A stretch of 64,000 nucleotides of DNA, from contig OZ024743.1 in NCBI GenBank assembly GCA_964016885.1, positions 97,774,001 through 97,838,000 of the forward strand, read 5' to 3'. How positions within the stretch are numbered: the stretch's first letter is position 1; every line of letters starts with the position of its first letter. The notes under the pieces were generated by a model that was not told the DNA's origin, made no database searches, and was given only the letters and a program-made list of their open reading frames with translations. A program made the position numbers and the translations under genes. Source of the DNA: Eledone cirrhosa (taxonomy: Eukaryota). Positions 1-19,886 of this stretch are shown here, in pieces.

Positions 1-1198
1 GTTTATTCCATATATACTAAAAATTCTGTTGACATCATATTCAATAAAGTTGTCATTTCACAAACGTTTAAATATAAATTGAAAGTGAAAAATAAAAACC
101 AATTACAAGTTATTCTTGGTTGAAACTCCAAATTCAAAATTCATATATTTACTATAATTTCAACTAATTAAAGCTATTAAAAATGCAATTGAAACAAATA
201 TAGTATACTGGACGTAAGGTTTATATTTTCAGATATCTCTGCTTCTTGAAAACCTGATTAAAAGATAAATTTTCTCTGACATTTGACATATTACAATGGA
301 AATTTATTTCATTATTATATTCTAAAAATAACGTTTATTTTTATAGCGTAATTTTTGTGTTTAATAGAAAAATAAAATAATTATTCCTCAATTTCATTTT
401 CTGGTGTCCAACCTATCACTTGATACGTAGGATACGTAGCAGTCATGAGAAGTAATATTCATTATTGAAAGTTTTTACAGCTATCATCAAATTTCAAAAC
501 AACGTTCATGACGTGAAAGTTTTATTGTGAAAATATTTATTAAGTTATTTGTTTAGAAATGGAAATGTTTATTGAGTTAATCTTAAATTCCTAATATCCA
601 AATAAATTCATATTTAATAATGAAGTTTTTTCTTGAATTTATTGACAAGAGATTTCTCTGAAGTAACATAAGAATGTTAGCAATATGAATTTTAAAATAA
701 TATCTACAAAGCACATACTACTGTCCAGAGCTCAAACATTTGAACACAGAAATTGTTAAACTGAAGATAAAATTTGCAATTGTTTGAGGATTTGTCTTAA
801 ATAGTTTGCCCATCGAGAATTACCGCATTGAATTCTGTCTAATAAACATAATGAACATCTTCTGGAATAGTAGACTTTATTTCGTGCTTGGTTTAACACT
901 AATACTTGATCATTGGATCAGTGCTTCAACTATAAATGTGAAGATAATCTATGAGGCATAATTTATTTCCCTAGATGCCCTGCAAAGGCAATGTGCACGC
1001 TGCCCATCCACTTATAGTTATACAAAAAGCAATATACTGTTATTGTTTAGCGACAGGACAGTCACGGTTGTGAAAAACTCTGATAAAAGTAGTTTGGAAT
1101 GTAAACAGTGCGTTTTCTTTACTATAACTATGAGTATATCATACAAATCTTCCTTCCTCGATAAGATGTGATCTGAGAGAATTTAGCGGACGTCATTA

Positions 1199-1380
1199 GG
1201 GCGGTGAATTGGCAGTATCGGTAGAAGGTCGGACATGCTTTCCAGCATAGTTACGTCCCTTTAAGATCTGAGTTCAAATCCGGCCGAAGTTACCTTTGCC
1301 TTTCATCCTTACGGGGTCGATAAAATAAAGTACCAGTAATGTACTGCGTAATTTCTAGCCTTGTGCCTAAAATAGAAACC
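1199..1380 (+). mobile_element. tRNA-derived SINE (family A)
   Basis: A-box-like TGGCAGTATCGG and B-box GAGTTCAAATCC, central GCCTTTCATCCTTACGGGGTCGATAAAATAAAGTACCAG, tail GCCTTGTGCCTAAAATAGAAAC; imperfect TSD CGTCATTAG/CGTTATTAG; several more copies in the window. Confidence 0.9.
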
Positions 1381-1475
1381 GTTATTAGTCGGCTGAACGA
1401 CTACATATACACCTTTCGCCCTCCTCGCAGGCTCACCTCGAATACTTCAAGTTGTGTATATTTTATCTACATAAT

Positions 1476-1662
1476 TGTTTCTATTTTAGGCACAAGGCCA
1501 GCAATTACTCAGTACATTACTGGTACTTTATTTTAGCGACCCCGTAAGGATGAAAGGCAAAGTTAACCTCGGCGGGATTTGAACTCAGATCATAAAGGGA
1601 CGTAACTCTATGCTTCAAAGCATGGTATCCGACTCTCTACCGATACTGCTAATCCACCGCCC
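1476..1662 (-). mobile_element. tRNA-derived SINE (family A)
   Basis: Reverse complement of the 1199-1380 family; TSD TTTATCTACATAAT at 1462-1475 and 1666-1679. Confidence 0.9.
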
Positions 1663-2379
1663 TTATTTATCTACATAATGATATGCAGTAGTTTATCTAC
1701 ATAATGATATGCAGTAGTTTACGATAATATTAAATAAATTTAGATAATCTTCAAATAATATATTTTGGTTTTGTGCTTGGCAAAGAGAGACGTGATATAA
1801 TTAGATATCAAATTTTAGAAATGCTTATATCTATAATCATTGTCTCGATTTCAAATTATTCTTTTTGACAAATAAAAGCAATTTATAATTGAGAGCATTT
1901 CTGTTTTCTAAAGCAACGTTTCATTTTTTGTCCAGAATAGATGGCTCTTGTATTACTGATATCAATACGTGACATATAAATGTCATGTGTTGACATTACT
2001 GAAAACACGGGTGAAATCAAAACGTTTGACAGAGATAGTAAACTCTATTTAAAATATATAGCTGTCAGATTTCCAGACAAGTATCATGGATATGGGTTGT
2101 CAAAATCTAATTGTCTACAGCTAGAATGTTCGCTTTGTGATCCCTCAGAGCCTAGTTGCTTAATCCATTGACACAGCTTTTGTCATGAAAGGAACTTTCT
2201 ACAGCACTCTTTCTGTCACTGATACCTACATTCAATACACTCTTATTCGGAAGATTATCATTAATTATATTTTATTGTTACTCTTAGTGTTTTTAACTAG
2301 AATTTTACGTTAATATTAACAAAGGTTTCAACAAAAATGTGATTGGTTTTAATTACTGTTAATATTTTGTTCTTTTATA

Positions 2380-2593
2380 GCGGTGGATTGGCAGTATCGG
2401 TAGAGAGTCGAACGCCATGCTTTGCAGCAAAGAGTTACGGCCCTTTATGATCTGAGTTCAAATCCCGCCCAGGTTAACATTGCCTTTCATCCTCACAGGG
2501 TCGATAAATTAAAGTACCAGTCACGCACTGGGGTCGATTTAATAGACTTTCCCCTCCCCCAAAATCACTGGCCTTGTGCCTATATAAGAAACC
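2380..2593 (+). mobile_element. tRNA-derived SINE (family A, longer 3' variant)
   Basis: Same head and central domain plus extra GGGGTCGATTTAATAGACTTTCCCCTCCCCC segment; 19-bp TSD AATATTTTGTTCTTTTATA at 2361-2379 and 2594-2612. Confidence 0.92.
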
Positions 2594-3094
2594 AATATTT
2601 TGTTCTTTTATAACTAATATTTTTAATCTCTTATTAAAACCGGTTATTCTACCAGGAGTTTCATTGCACAGACGGTATCACCAATGGAAAGACCAATGAG
2701 ACTATTGTTAACATGATCCGCTCTGAAGATCACCTCCTTCCTTTTGTAAGCATGAGGACTTTGTATCATAAGAGTGCAACTATGTCAGCATTAAACAATG
2801 TGACCGTATTTACAATACTTTAGGGTTATTAGAGAGAATTTAGAGACCATCATAGATATATCCTCGTTGGTTTGACGTTAAACCGTCGGAGTACCCACCG
2901 ACACCTTTTGTTGCAGACACCTTTCGCTTATAGTGACGCATGATGGCAGGCAAATCATTTTGTAATAATATTCTGTAATAGCTGTTTCCTTAGTTTGGGT
3001 TTTAATAATATGTAATAAATTATTTGAATATTATTGATATCATTTGCAAAACAATAACTGGGCTTCTAAAATTGATGCATCAGATAAATATAAT

Positions 3095-3278
3095 TGTTTC
3101 TACATTTGGCACAAGGCCAACAATTATCCCAGTGTATAACTGGTGCTTTATTTTATCGACCCCGTAAGGATGAAAGGCAAAGTTAACCTCGGCGGGATTT
3201 GAACTCAGACCATAAAGGGACGTAACTCTTTGCTGCAAAGCATGGCGTCCGACCCTCTATCAATACTGCCAATCCACC
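3095..3278 (-). mobile_element. tRNA-derived SINE (family A)
   Basis: Reverse-complement copy; 16-bp TSD ATCAGATAAATATAAT at 3079-3094 and 3279-3294. Confidence 0.92.
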
Positions 3279-3993
3279 ATCAGATAAATATAATAGTCGG
3301 GTGCTTGGTCTGATCTACCCAGTAATAGAGGATAAGAGTCTTAACTTTCACTAAGAGGGATCAAGCATGGCACCACGTGGTTTCAGCGTGGACATGATAA
3401 CAAGACTACAATACATTGGAGGTATTTATTTAGCATAACTACAGCATGTGTTGATGTATTGGTATTTAGGTAGCTACTCACTGGGTGTTGATAAAGTTGC
3501 ATGTTTGCTTAACAATGTAGCTTTAGAGAAGATAACAGTCGGAATCTAACCGGAGAGAGATTTTGAATATGTAGAGAGCAATTCAATATATGCAAGATAC
3601 CATCACTATATAAGTAAGCTATTGTGTAGACAATAGTGAATGAATAAATGGATAATAATGATTCTAGCGTGCTGCAAGAGAATCTAGTTCCATGTAGAAT
3701 ATAAGGTATTTTAGTTCAACATGCTACAAAGTATTATGGCGTGTAGCTGGCGTGATGTTGCAATAAATCAATACAGTAAACCAGTGAAAAGACCTTCTCG
3801 GACACAGACCAGTGTGTTGTTAGAAGTGTGTTACAGAAAAATTAAATCAAGACAAGAGTTTACTAATGAAGATCGACACATTATATCAACAGTAATAATA
3901 CAAAAATGCATTATTAGAATTAACTATGATCTTACACATACACGCAAACACATACATATATTATATATTGTAGAGAGAGAGAGAGAGAGAGAT

Positions 3994-4209
3994 AATTGGT
4001 TCGATATCGATCAACTCAGGGTACAATCAAGGTGACGGAGCCAACGCCTTTTTGACATCTCGACAGATATGCGAGTTTATATGTACAAAGACACATCTAA
4101 ACTAGATGTGTATCTGCATATATAGACCTGCATATCTGACGAGATGCCGAAGAAGAGATGGGCCCCGTTACCTTCATTGTACATTGAAGTGACCGATATC
4201 GAACCAATT
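3994..4209. repeat. Imperfect ~216-bp palindrome (fold-back hairpin)
   Basis: AATTGGTTCGATATCG... pairs with ...CGATATCGAACCAATT; arms ~106 bp, roughly 75-80% complementary without indels by eye; apex ACACATCTA-AAC-TAGATGTGT. Confidence 0.85.
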
Positions 4210-4399
4210 GTAATATGCCAATAACGTTTGTACATATACTGCTACACTGACTTCGATTCTGCTCAATATATTTACCCTCTGTGCACTACAGCCGCCTTAA
4301 ATCTGGAATACAACCCAAAGGAAACGGACCTCGTAACAACACTGAGTCTTTTAAACAGCGTGCTGCCTGTAACTGTATTTACACACCTAACTAACACGC

Positions 4400-11569
<7,170 letters not shown>

Positions 11570-12050
11570 AATGTAAGTATGCATGTATACGTACATACAT
11601 ATATGTATACAGACGTACAGTAGTATGCATATATATATATATATATACATATATATATACATATGCATACAGGTACACATACATATATGCACGTATCAGT
11701 TTAGCGGTGCTGATGATAGCTAACAAGCTTGAAACTAGTACATCGTTCTGTGTCAGTGTTGAACAAAAAGGTGACGTGGTTGCCTTAACACCGTATGGCA
11801 TAAATTCAGGCTGTTCAGTTTGTTTACAAACGAACAAAGCGACGTTATAATAAGCGCCGCTAAACTGATACGTGCATATATGTATGTGTACCTGTATGCA
11901 TATGTATATATATATGTATATATATATATATATATGCATACTACTGTACGTCGTATACATATATGTATGTACGTATACATGCATACTTACATTTAAGTAA
12001 GTGCCATACTAAGAGTGAGAAATGAAATTCGTTTTCATTTTGTTTCAATT
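11570..12050 (+). mobile_element. Non-coding HHR-bearing element with 5' inversion (PLE pLTR-like), family B
   Basis: 11570-11711 is the reverse complement of ~11853-11993; HHR at the inversion junction; homologous to 40257-40600; flanked by (TA)n. Confidence 0.75.
11705..11745 (+). ncRNA. Type I minimal hammerhead ribozyme
   Basis: CGGTG-CTGATGA-T-AGCT(AACA)AGCT-T-GAAA-CTAG-TA-CATCG: stem I CGGUG/CAUCG, palindromic stem III ACUAGU. Confidence 0.8.
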
Positions 12051-12075
12051 TATATAAATATATATATATATATAA

Positions 12076-12124
<49 letters not shown>

Positions 12125-12161
12125 TATATAAATATATATATGTATATATATAAATGTATAT

Positions 12162-12192
<31 letters not shown>

Positions 12193-12214
12193 AATATATA
12201 TATAATATATATAA

Positions 12215-12479
<265 letters not shown>

Positions 12480-12582
12480 AATATATATATATATAAATAT
12501 ATATATATTATATATATAAATATATATATATTTATATATATATATATATACATTTATATATATACATATATATATTTATATA

Positions 12583-12646
<64 letters not shown>

Positions 12647-12716
12647 TATATATATTTATATATATATATATATACATTTATATATATACATATATATATT
12701 TATATATATTTATATA

Positions 12717-13517
12717 TGCGACCCAACAGAAATGGAAGGACACATCCAACACTTCATCAACCGCATGCAGTTCTCTGGCTACAACCAAAGAGACAGAGTC
12801 AGAGTATACGAAGGAGCCATGGAAAAGTATAAGACCCTCATAGAACTGGACATGAAAGGATTTGCCCACTATACAGGAGCAAATCATGGAATAGCTTAGA
12901 TAGGGCTAGACATAAGATAGGGAAGGCCACATCATGGTACGACAACCAGAGATATCAGAGTGTCATGTTTGTGGACGCCACCCCTGGAGGGAAATTAGCT
13001 AACCAGTGTAGAAAGGCCCTGAGAAAGACCCACTTAAAAATAAAGGTGGTAGAAAAGCCAGGAACCACCATAAAATCCCTGATCAGCAAAACCTACCCTT
13101 TTAAGAAAACCCACTGTACCAATAGGAAATGTATCATATGTAAGTGAACCCCCGGATAAACTGTAAAACTAGAAACGTAGTCTATAGCATAAGATGTACA
13201 GAGGGTACATGTAGAAACACGACAACAACATACATAGGTGAGACAGCTCGTAGCATAGGTGAAAGGATAGACCAACACTGGGGGGAACTAAAGGACGAAA
13301 AAACGGGTCAGTACTATACGAACATGCTAGACAACATCATGACGGTAACATAGACAACATAGAAATTAGAATAATATCTAAACATAGGAATGACCCAGCA
13401 GATAGGCAAATCAGAGAGGCCAGTGAAATAGAAATTAGAAGACCAAAGCTAAACAGAAAGAATGAGTGGAACAACAACAACACCCAAACAAACAACACTG
13501 ACCTAAGAGAAGTATAA
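12717..13517 (+). pseudogene. 5'-truncated copy of the PLE ORF C-terminus (thumb + GIY-YIG) within the upstream pLTR
   Basis: Matches 16831-17634 except for a few single-base homopolymer deletions (GGATTTGC vs GGAATTTGC; TAAGTGAAC vs TAAGGTGAAC). Confidence 0.9.
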
Positions 13518-13767
13518 ATAAATAAGTAAATTAAATTAAATAAAATAAGATAAATAAATACATACACAAGCACATAAACACACACTAGTCACCCAGCAGA
13601 CACAACACTATACACACTAGTCACACATCACACACGCAAACGCATGCGCAAAGAAGACAAAATAAAATAAGATAAACAAACAAGCAAACAAATAAATAAA
13701 TATATAGACGGACTGAACAAAAAAAATGGCGTAGACATACAACACAACAGGAGGAACAATGAATATA

Positions 13768-13815
13768 ACACCACTGACGATGTTGCAGATGTGCAACGAA
13801 AGATTTATGTAAACT
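13768..13815 (+). ncRNA. Hammerhead-like motif in upstream pLTR
   Basis: CTGACGA-T-GTTGCA(GATG)TGCAAC-GAAA; core and stem II are clear, stems I and III pair weakly. Confidence 0.55.
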
Positions 13816-14001
13816 ATATATATATGTGTTTGTCTATATTGTATCTGTATTATTTTATTTTTGACCGCCGGTCAGTCAATGGCAACATTGAGGACCGAGT
13901 AAGTTAGATCGCAGATATATATATATAAAAGACAGCGAGAAGCGAAAACCAACCAAACAGTGAGTGTGTTCTGTTATTAATTCTGGCAATATTACGCAAA
14001 T

Positions 14002-17000
14002 ATGACCCTCCCCAAATATAACAATATCTGTTTCGACACACGATTTCATATAAAAAACCTCGCAAAACTAATTCATCGCCGCTATGGCATTAGCTTGTGC
14101 CAAGCTGAAAGGTTATTGAAAGACACTGTTTTCTGTTATATAAAAACTACAATAACAACAGAACAAATCCGCTTCTTAAAACACTGTGTTTCCTCCAAAA
14201 CATACACAACAAACATATCAAAACAAGTAAATAATTTATTATTGAACAAAACACAAGCTGAACGGCTAAAACACACAATAACAGTTAATATGAAAAGAAC
14301 AACATACACAAAAGTCAACGCACTCTACAGACAAAAACGCATCAACGGTAAGGAAATCCGAAATCTCATCACAGCAAACGAGAGAGATGACTTCATGAGC
14401 GTCATCCGACGCGAAACGAAATATGCTCAAAACGAATGCTGTAGGCATTTCAAGAAGAAATTAGAATGGATGAATAAGAAAAAACTACAAGAAAGGAAAA
14501 TCGAATATTCTCAAAAATACCCAGATAACATCGACAACATCCGTATGAGTGATGTAAAACTACCGGAAGAATTTACCAATGACCACACAGTAAATATCTA
14601 TGGGAACACTTTAATCAGTGAACAAGAACAACAAATCCTAAAGTTACCACCAAAATTTGCCATCTACAAAAAGATTAACCCTATGGAATGCAAAACTGAA
14701 CTGGAAAAGTGTTTCACAAAAATACGTTGGAATGCAAAGGTAAACAACAACAACAATAATAACGGTAGTAGTAATATAAACAATAACTCTGGGTATAGAA
14801 ATAACAGCCATAACCATAACAATGGCAGGAAAGTGAGAAATAGTGATAATGGTAATAATACTAGCGATAGACAGAACAACAACAACCACAATAATAATAA
14901 TAATAGAAACGTTAACCACAGACACAGCAACAGTGACCACAGTAGTAATAACGGTAACAATACGAACAACAACAACAACAATAACCACAGTGGTAATAAT
15001 GGAAATAGTACATGTAGCAACATCAACAAAAACAAGAAACATAATAATAGTAACAACCACAATGGTAGAAATAGCAGTAACAACAACAACAATAACGGTG
15101 AAGTAAACAACAATACATCTAGCAATCATAACAATAATAATATTAAAGCTAATGATAGAAACAACAACAACCACCATGATAATAATAATAGCAACACACA
15201 CAACTATGACGATAGAAATAACGACAACCCCTTAGAGAAACTATTTTTCAACCCAGCTGACAAAACATATAAGATGGGTAATATCTATCCTACGAGGTTA
15301 CCCTTTAATAAAAGAGTTTGCATACCACAACAAATAGATGACGAGACGGAGGCACAGTTCACCATAGCTAGAAATAAGATTAGACAAGTAGTAGACAGGT
15401 ACACTATGAGACAGAGCAGACCAGAGGCCCAACAACTTGGGATAAAACCTGTAGAAGGCTTGGTTAGCCTCAAGCAGCGCACAAGGGATGGTGAGGTAGT
15501 GTGTCTACCCACAGATAAGTCTGGTAGGATGTCAATAGATAGCATGCCGAACTACATCGAGGCAATGCAACCCCACATCACCAACACGAGCGAAGTTGCA
15601 CAACTAACACACGATGGGAGAGAAAAAATCCTCAACGCTCACATGATGATGTGGACTGACATCCTAAAGCCAAGCAGACGCACTGCCAACAACTTCCAGG
15701 CGTCTAACAATGGCATACCACCCTTGTATGGGCTCCGCAAAGACCACAAGACAGTCGACGACCCGACAACAGGACCACCAACAAGACCTGTATGCGGAGC
15801 TAATATAGCTAGCAACTACAGGATCTCCTACTTCCTCTCAATGGTTATACGCCCCATAATCAAGATGTCCCCAGATGTATGTGAAAGTACAGAGGACCTC
15901 CTCAGCAGAATCAGTGAGTGCAACAAAAACAGGAGCCTATCCAACTGCATAATAGGCAGCATGGATGTGGTGTCACTGTACCCATCCATTAACATTGATT
16001 TTGCTGTGAAAAGATGTGTGGAGATGATCATTGAGAGTGAGGTGGAGTTCTGCGACGTCGACACAGACGAACTGGGCCTCCTACTTAGACTTACCTACGA
16101 CACTGACTACCTAGACAGCCATGACCTTAGATGTTTCTGCCCTAGTAGACCTATAAGAGGTAGACCCCCCACCATAACCTCAATGGCTAAAAAGACTCCC
16201 ATAGGAAGGTGGATTGGGTGGACCAAAGCTATACGGACCCCCCAAAACACTGATCAGGTAAGAAAAATGGTCGCACATGCAATAGGGGCTAGTATCAAAA
16301 CTACCCTAAAGGGCCACATATTTAAGTTCAATGAGAAAATCTACACCCAAAATGAGGGAGCAGCCATCGGCGTCAGCATAGCTGGCGATGTTGCCAACCT
16401 TTTCATGGTATGGTGGGAAAGGAGACTTAAAGATCTCCTTAATGAAAGCTCCATAGACCTCATCATGTACTCTCGTTATGTAGACGATATCAATATAGTT
16501 ATAAGAACACCCCCACTAGAGAGCACTAACAAGTTTGATTTAGAACGTAGCACGATGGAAAGCATCCAGCAGATAGCTAATTCCATACACCAGAGTATAA
16601 CTGTAACTATAGACTTCCCTTCCAAACACCCTAACAATAGACTACCTGTATTAGACACAGAACTCTGGATTAACACTATAGACGAGAGAGCCCAAATTCT
16701 CCACTCACACTATGCTAAACCCATGGCCTCCAAATACCTGATACTCAAAAACTCAGCAATGTCCAGTAGTGCTAAGTTTAATATTCTGATCGCAGATTTG
16801 GTACGAGTGATGAAGAATGTGTCCAGCATGTGCGACCCAACAGAAATGGAAGGACACATCCAACACTTCATCAACCGCATGCAGTTCTCTGGCTACAACC
16901 AAAGAGACAGAGTCAGAGTATACGAAGGAGCCATGGAAAAGTATAAGACCCTCATAGAACTGGACATGAAAGGAATTTGCCCACTATACAGGAGCAAATC

Positions 17001-17634
17001 ATGGAATAGCTTAGATAGGGCTAGACATAAGATAGGGAAGGCCACATCATGGTACGACAACCAGAGATATCAGAGTGTCATGTTTGTGGACGCCACCCCT
17101 GGAGGGAAATTAGCTAACCAGTGTAGAAAGGCCCTGAGAAAGACCCACTTAAAAATAAAGGTGGTAGAAAAGCCAGGAACCACCATAAAATCCCTGATCA
17201 GCAAAACCTACCCTTTTAAGAAAACCCACTGTACCAATAGGAAATGTATCATATGTAAGGTGAACCCCCGGATAAACTGTAAAACTAGAAACGTAGTCTA
17301 TAGCATAAGATGTACAGAGGGTACATGTAGAAACACGACAACAACATACATAGGTGAGACAGCTCGTAGCATAGGTGAAAGGATAGACCAACACTGGGGG
17401 GAACTAAAAGGACGAAAAAACGGGTCAGTACTATACGAACATGCTAGACAACATCATGACGGTAACATAGACAACATAGAAATTAGAATAATATCTAAAC
17501 ATAGGAATGACCCAGCAGATAGGCAAATCAGAGAGGCCAGTGAAATAGAAATTAGAAGACCAAAGCTAAACAGAAAGAATGAGTGGAACAACAACAACAC
17601 CCAAACAAACAACACTGACCTAAGAGAAGTATAA
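14002..17634 (+). CDS. Penelope-like polyprotein: N-terminal domain, Asn-rich insert, reverse transcriptase, Cys-rich linker, GIY-YIG endonuclease (1210 aa)
   Basis: PTDKSG motif, YGLRKDHK/RPVCG, SMDVVSLYPSI, YTQNEGAAIG, YSRYVDDI, LPVLD; linker CTNRKCIIC; NVVYSIRC...YIGETARSIGERIDQH...EASEI...LN; clade tentatively Nematis-like from memory of motifs. Confidence 0.95.
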   Translation: MTLPKYNNICFDTRFHIKNLAKLIHRRYGISLCQAERLLKDTVFCYIKTTITTEQIRFLKHCVSSKTYTTNISKQVNNLLLNKTQAERLKHTITVNMKRTTYTKVNALYRQKRINGKEIRNLITANERDDFMSVIRRETKYAQNECCRHFKKKLEWMNKKKLQERKIEYSQKYPDNIDNIRMSDVKLPEEFTNDHTVNIYGNTLISEQEQQILKLPPKFAIYKKINPMECKTELEKCFTKIRWNAKVNNNNNNNGSSNINNNSGYRNNSHNHNNGRKVRNSDNGNNTSDRQNNNNHNNNNNRNVNHRHSNSDHSSNNGNNTNNNNNNNHSGNNGNSTCSNINKNKKHNNSNNHNGRNSSNNNNNNGEVNNNTSSNHNNNNIKANDRNNNNHHDNNNSNTHNYDDRNNDNPLEKLFFNPADKTYKMGNIYPTRLPFNKRVCIPQQIDDETEAQFTIARNKIRQVVDRYTMRQSRPEAQQLGIKPVEGLVSLKQRTRDGEVVCLPTDKSGRMSIDSMPNYIEAMQPHITNTSEVAQLTHDGREKILNAHMMMWTDILKPSRRTANNFQASNNGIPPLYGLRKDHKTVDDPTTGPPTRPVCGANIASNYRISYFLSMVIRPIIKMSPDVCESTEDLLSRISECNKNRSLSNCIIGSMDVVSLYPSINIDFAVKRCVEMIIESEVEFCDVDTDELGLLLRLTYDTDYLDSHDLRCFCPSRPIRGRPPTITSMAKKTPIGRWIGWTKAIRTPQNTDQVRKMVAHAIGASIKTTLKGHIFKFNEKIYTQNEGAAIGVSIAGDVANLFMVWWERRLKDLLNESSIDLIMYSRYVDDINIVIRTPPLESTNKFDLERSTMESIQQIANSIHQSITVTIDFPSKHPNNRLPVLDTELWINTIDERAQILHSHYAKPMASKYLILKNSAMSSSAKFNILIADLVRVMKNVSSMCDPTEMEGHIQHFINRMQFSGYNQRDRVRVYEGAMEKYKTLIELDMKGICPLYRSKSWNSLDRARHKIGKATSWYDNQRYQSVMFVDATPGGKLANQCRKALRKTHLKIKVVEKPGTTIKSLISKTYPFKKTHCTNRKCIICKVNPRINCKTRNVVYSIRCTEGTCRNTTTTYIGETARSIGERIDQHWGELKGRKNGSVLYEHARQHHDGNIDNIEIRIISKHRNDPADRQIREASEIEIRRPKLNRKNEWNNNNTQTNNTDLREV

Positions 17635-17886
17635 ATAAATAAGTAAATTAAATTAAATAAAATAAGATAAATAAATACATACACAAGCACATAAACACAC
17701 ACTAGTCACCCAGCAGACACAACACTATACACACTAGTCACACATCACACACGCAAACGCATGCGCAAAGAAGACAAAATAAAATAAGATAAACAAACAA
17801 GCAAACAAATAAATAAATATATAGACGGACTGAACAAAAAAAAAATGGCGTAGACATACAACACAACAGGAGGAACAATGAATATA

Positions 17887-17934
17887 ACACCACTGACGAT
17901 GTTGCAGATGTGCAACGAAAGATTTATGTAAACT
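17887..17934 (+). ncRNA. Hammerhead-like motif in downstream pLTR
   Basis: Identical to 13768-13815. Confidence 0.55.
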
Positions 17935-18147
17935 ATATATATATGTGTTTGTCTATATTGTATCTGTATTATTTTATTTTTGACCGCCGGTCAGCCAATG
18001 GCAACATTGAGGACCGAGTAAGTTAGATCGCAGATATATATATATAAAAGACAGCGAGAAGCGAAAACCAACCAAACAGTGAGTGTGTTCTGTTATTAAT
18101 TCTGGCAATATTACGCAAATATGACCCTCCCCAACATATAACAATAT

Positions 18148-19309
<1,162 letters not shown>

Positions 19310-19462
19310 ATAAATGCTCTGAAATAGCGATATATATGTGAATATAGACATAGAATATTCGAAAATATTCTGTATGTTTATAATAAACATTTTGAAGACC
19401 TAATCGCTATAGAATAGAATACGTCACGTATTACAATTAGATTCTCGATAAAAGCAAGGGAA

Positions 19463-19505
19463 GTAATCTACGCGTTTCGTTCTCGTTAGAAATCATCAGG
19501 ACTAC
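19463..19505 (-). ncRNA. Type I minimal hammerhead ribozyme (inverted unit)
   Basis: Reverse complement GTAGTC-CTGATGA-T-TTCT(AACG)AGAA-C-GAAA-CGCG-TA-GATTAC. Confidence 0.85.
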
Positions 19506-19843
19506 ATATCCAGTGCTTTTATCGAGAATGACACAGCTAGAGACTTATAGAATACTTAGCTGTGTACAGGAACTGGTTTGAAAGAGCGGTTTGAAAGAAT
19601 CTAATTGTAATACGTGACGTATTCTATTCTATAGCGATTAGGTCTTCAAAATGTTTATTATAAACATACAGAATATTTTCGAATATTCTATGTCTATATC
19701 ACATATATATCGCTATTTCAGAGCATTTATTCCAATTTCTAATTTCTGCCGGACCGGCAACCGCTCTTTCAAACCAGTTCCTGTACACAGCTAAGTATTC
19801 TATAAGTCTCTAGCGTGTCATTCTCGATAAAAGCACTGGATAT

Positions 19844-19886
19844 GTAGTCCTGATGATTTCTAACGAGAATGAAACGCGTAGATTAC
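19844..19886 (+). ncRNA. Type I minimal hammerhead ribozyme
   Basis: GTAGTC-CTGATGA-T-TTCT(AACG)AGAA-T-GAAA-CGCG-TA-GATTAC; stem I GUAGUC/GAUUAC; palindromic stem III ACGCGU. Confidence 0.88.

Larger units (their letters stand above)
12717..18147 (+). mobile_element. Penelope-like retroelement, full-length, with partial-tandem pseudo-LTR
   Basis: 12717-14027 is a near-identical direct repeat of 16831-18147 flanking an intact RT+GIY-YIG ORF; both ends abut (TA)n. Confidence 0.95.

Noticed and set aside
1199-1285. tRNA genes at SINE heads
   Set aside because: Only A/B-box similarity, no full cloverleaf; part of SINEs
4136-4155. CTGACGA within the palindrome as an HHR core
   Set aside because: Followed by GAAG not GAAA; no stems I/III
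13899-13966. Intron in the first PLE's pLTR (GTAAGT at 13899, GTGAGT at ~13960) and TATATAAAAG box
   Set aside because: No convincing polypyrimidine/AG acceptor before the ATG; cannot be supported without RNA data
14644-15201. Hydrophobic antisense ORFs (poly-V/I/L)
   Set aside because: Shadows of the Asn-rich tract of the PLE ORF
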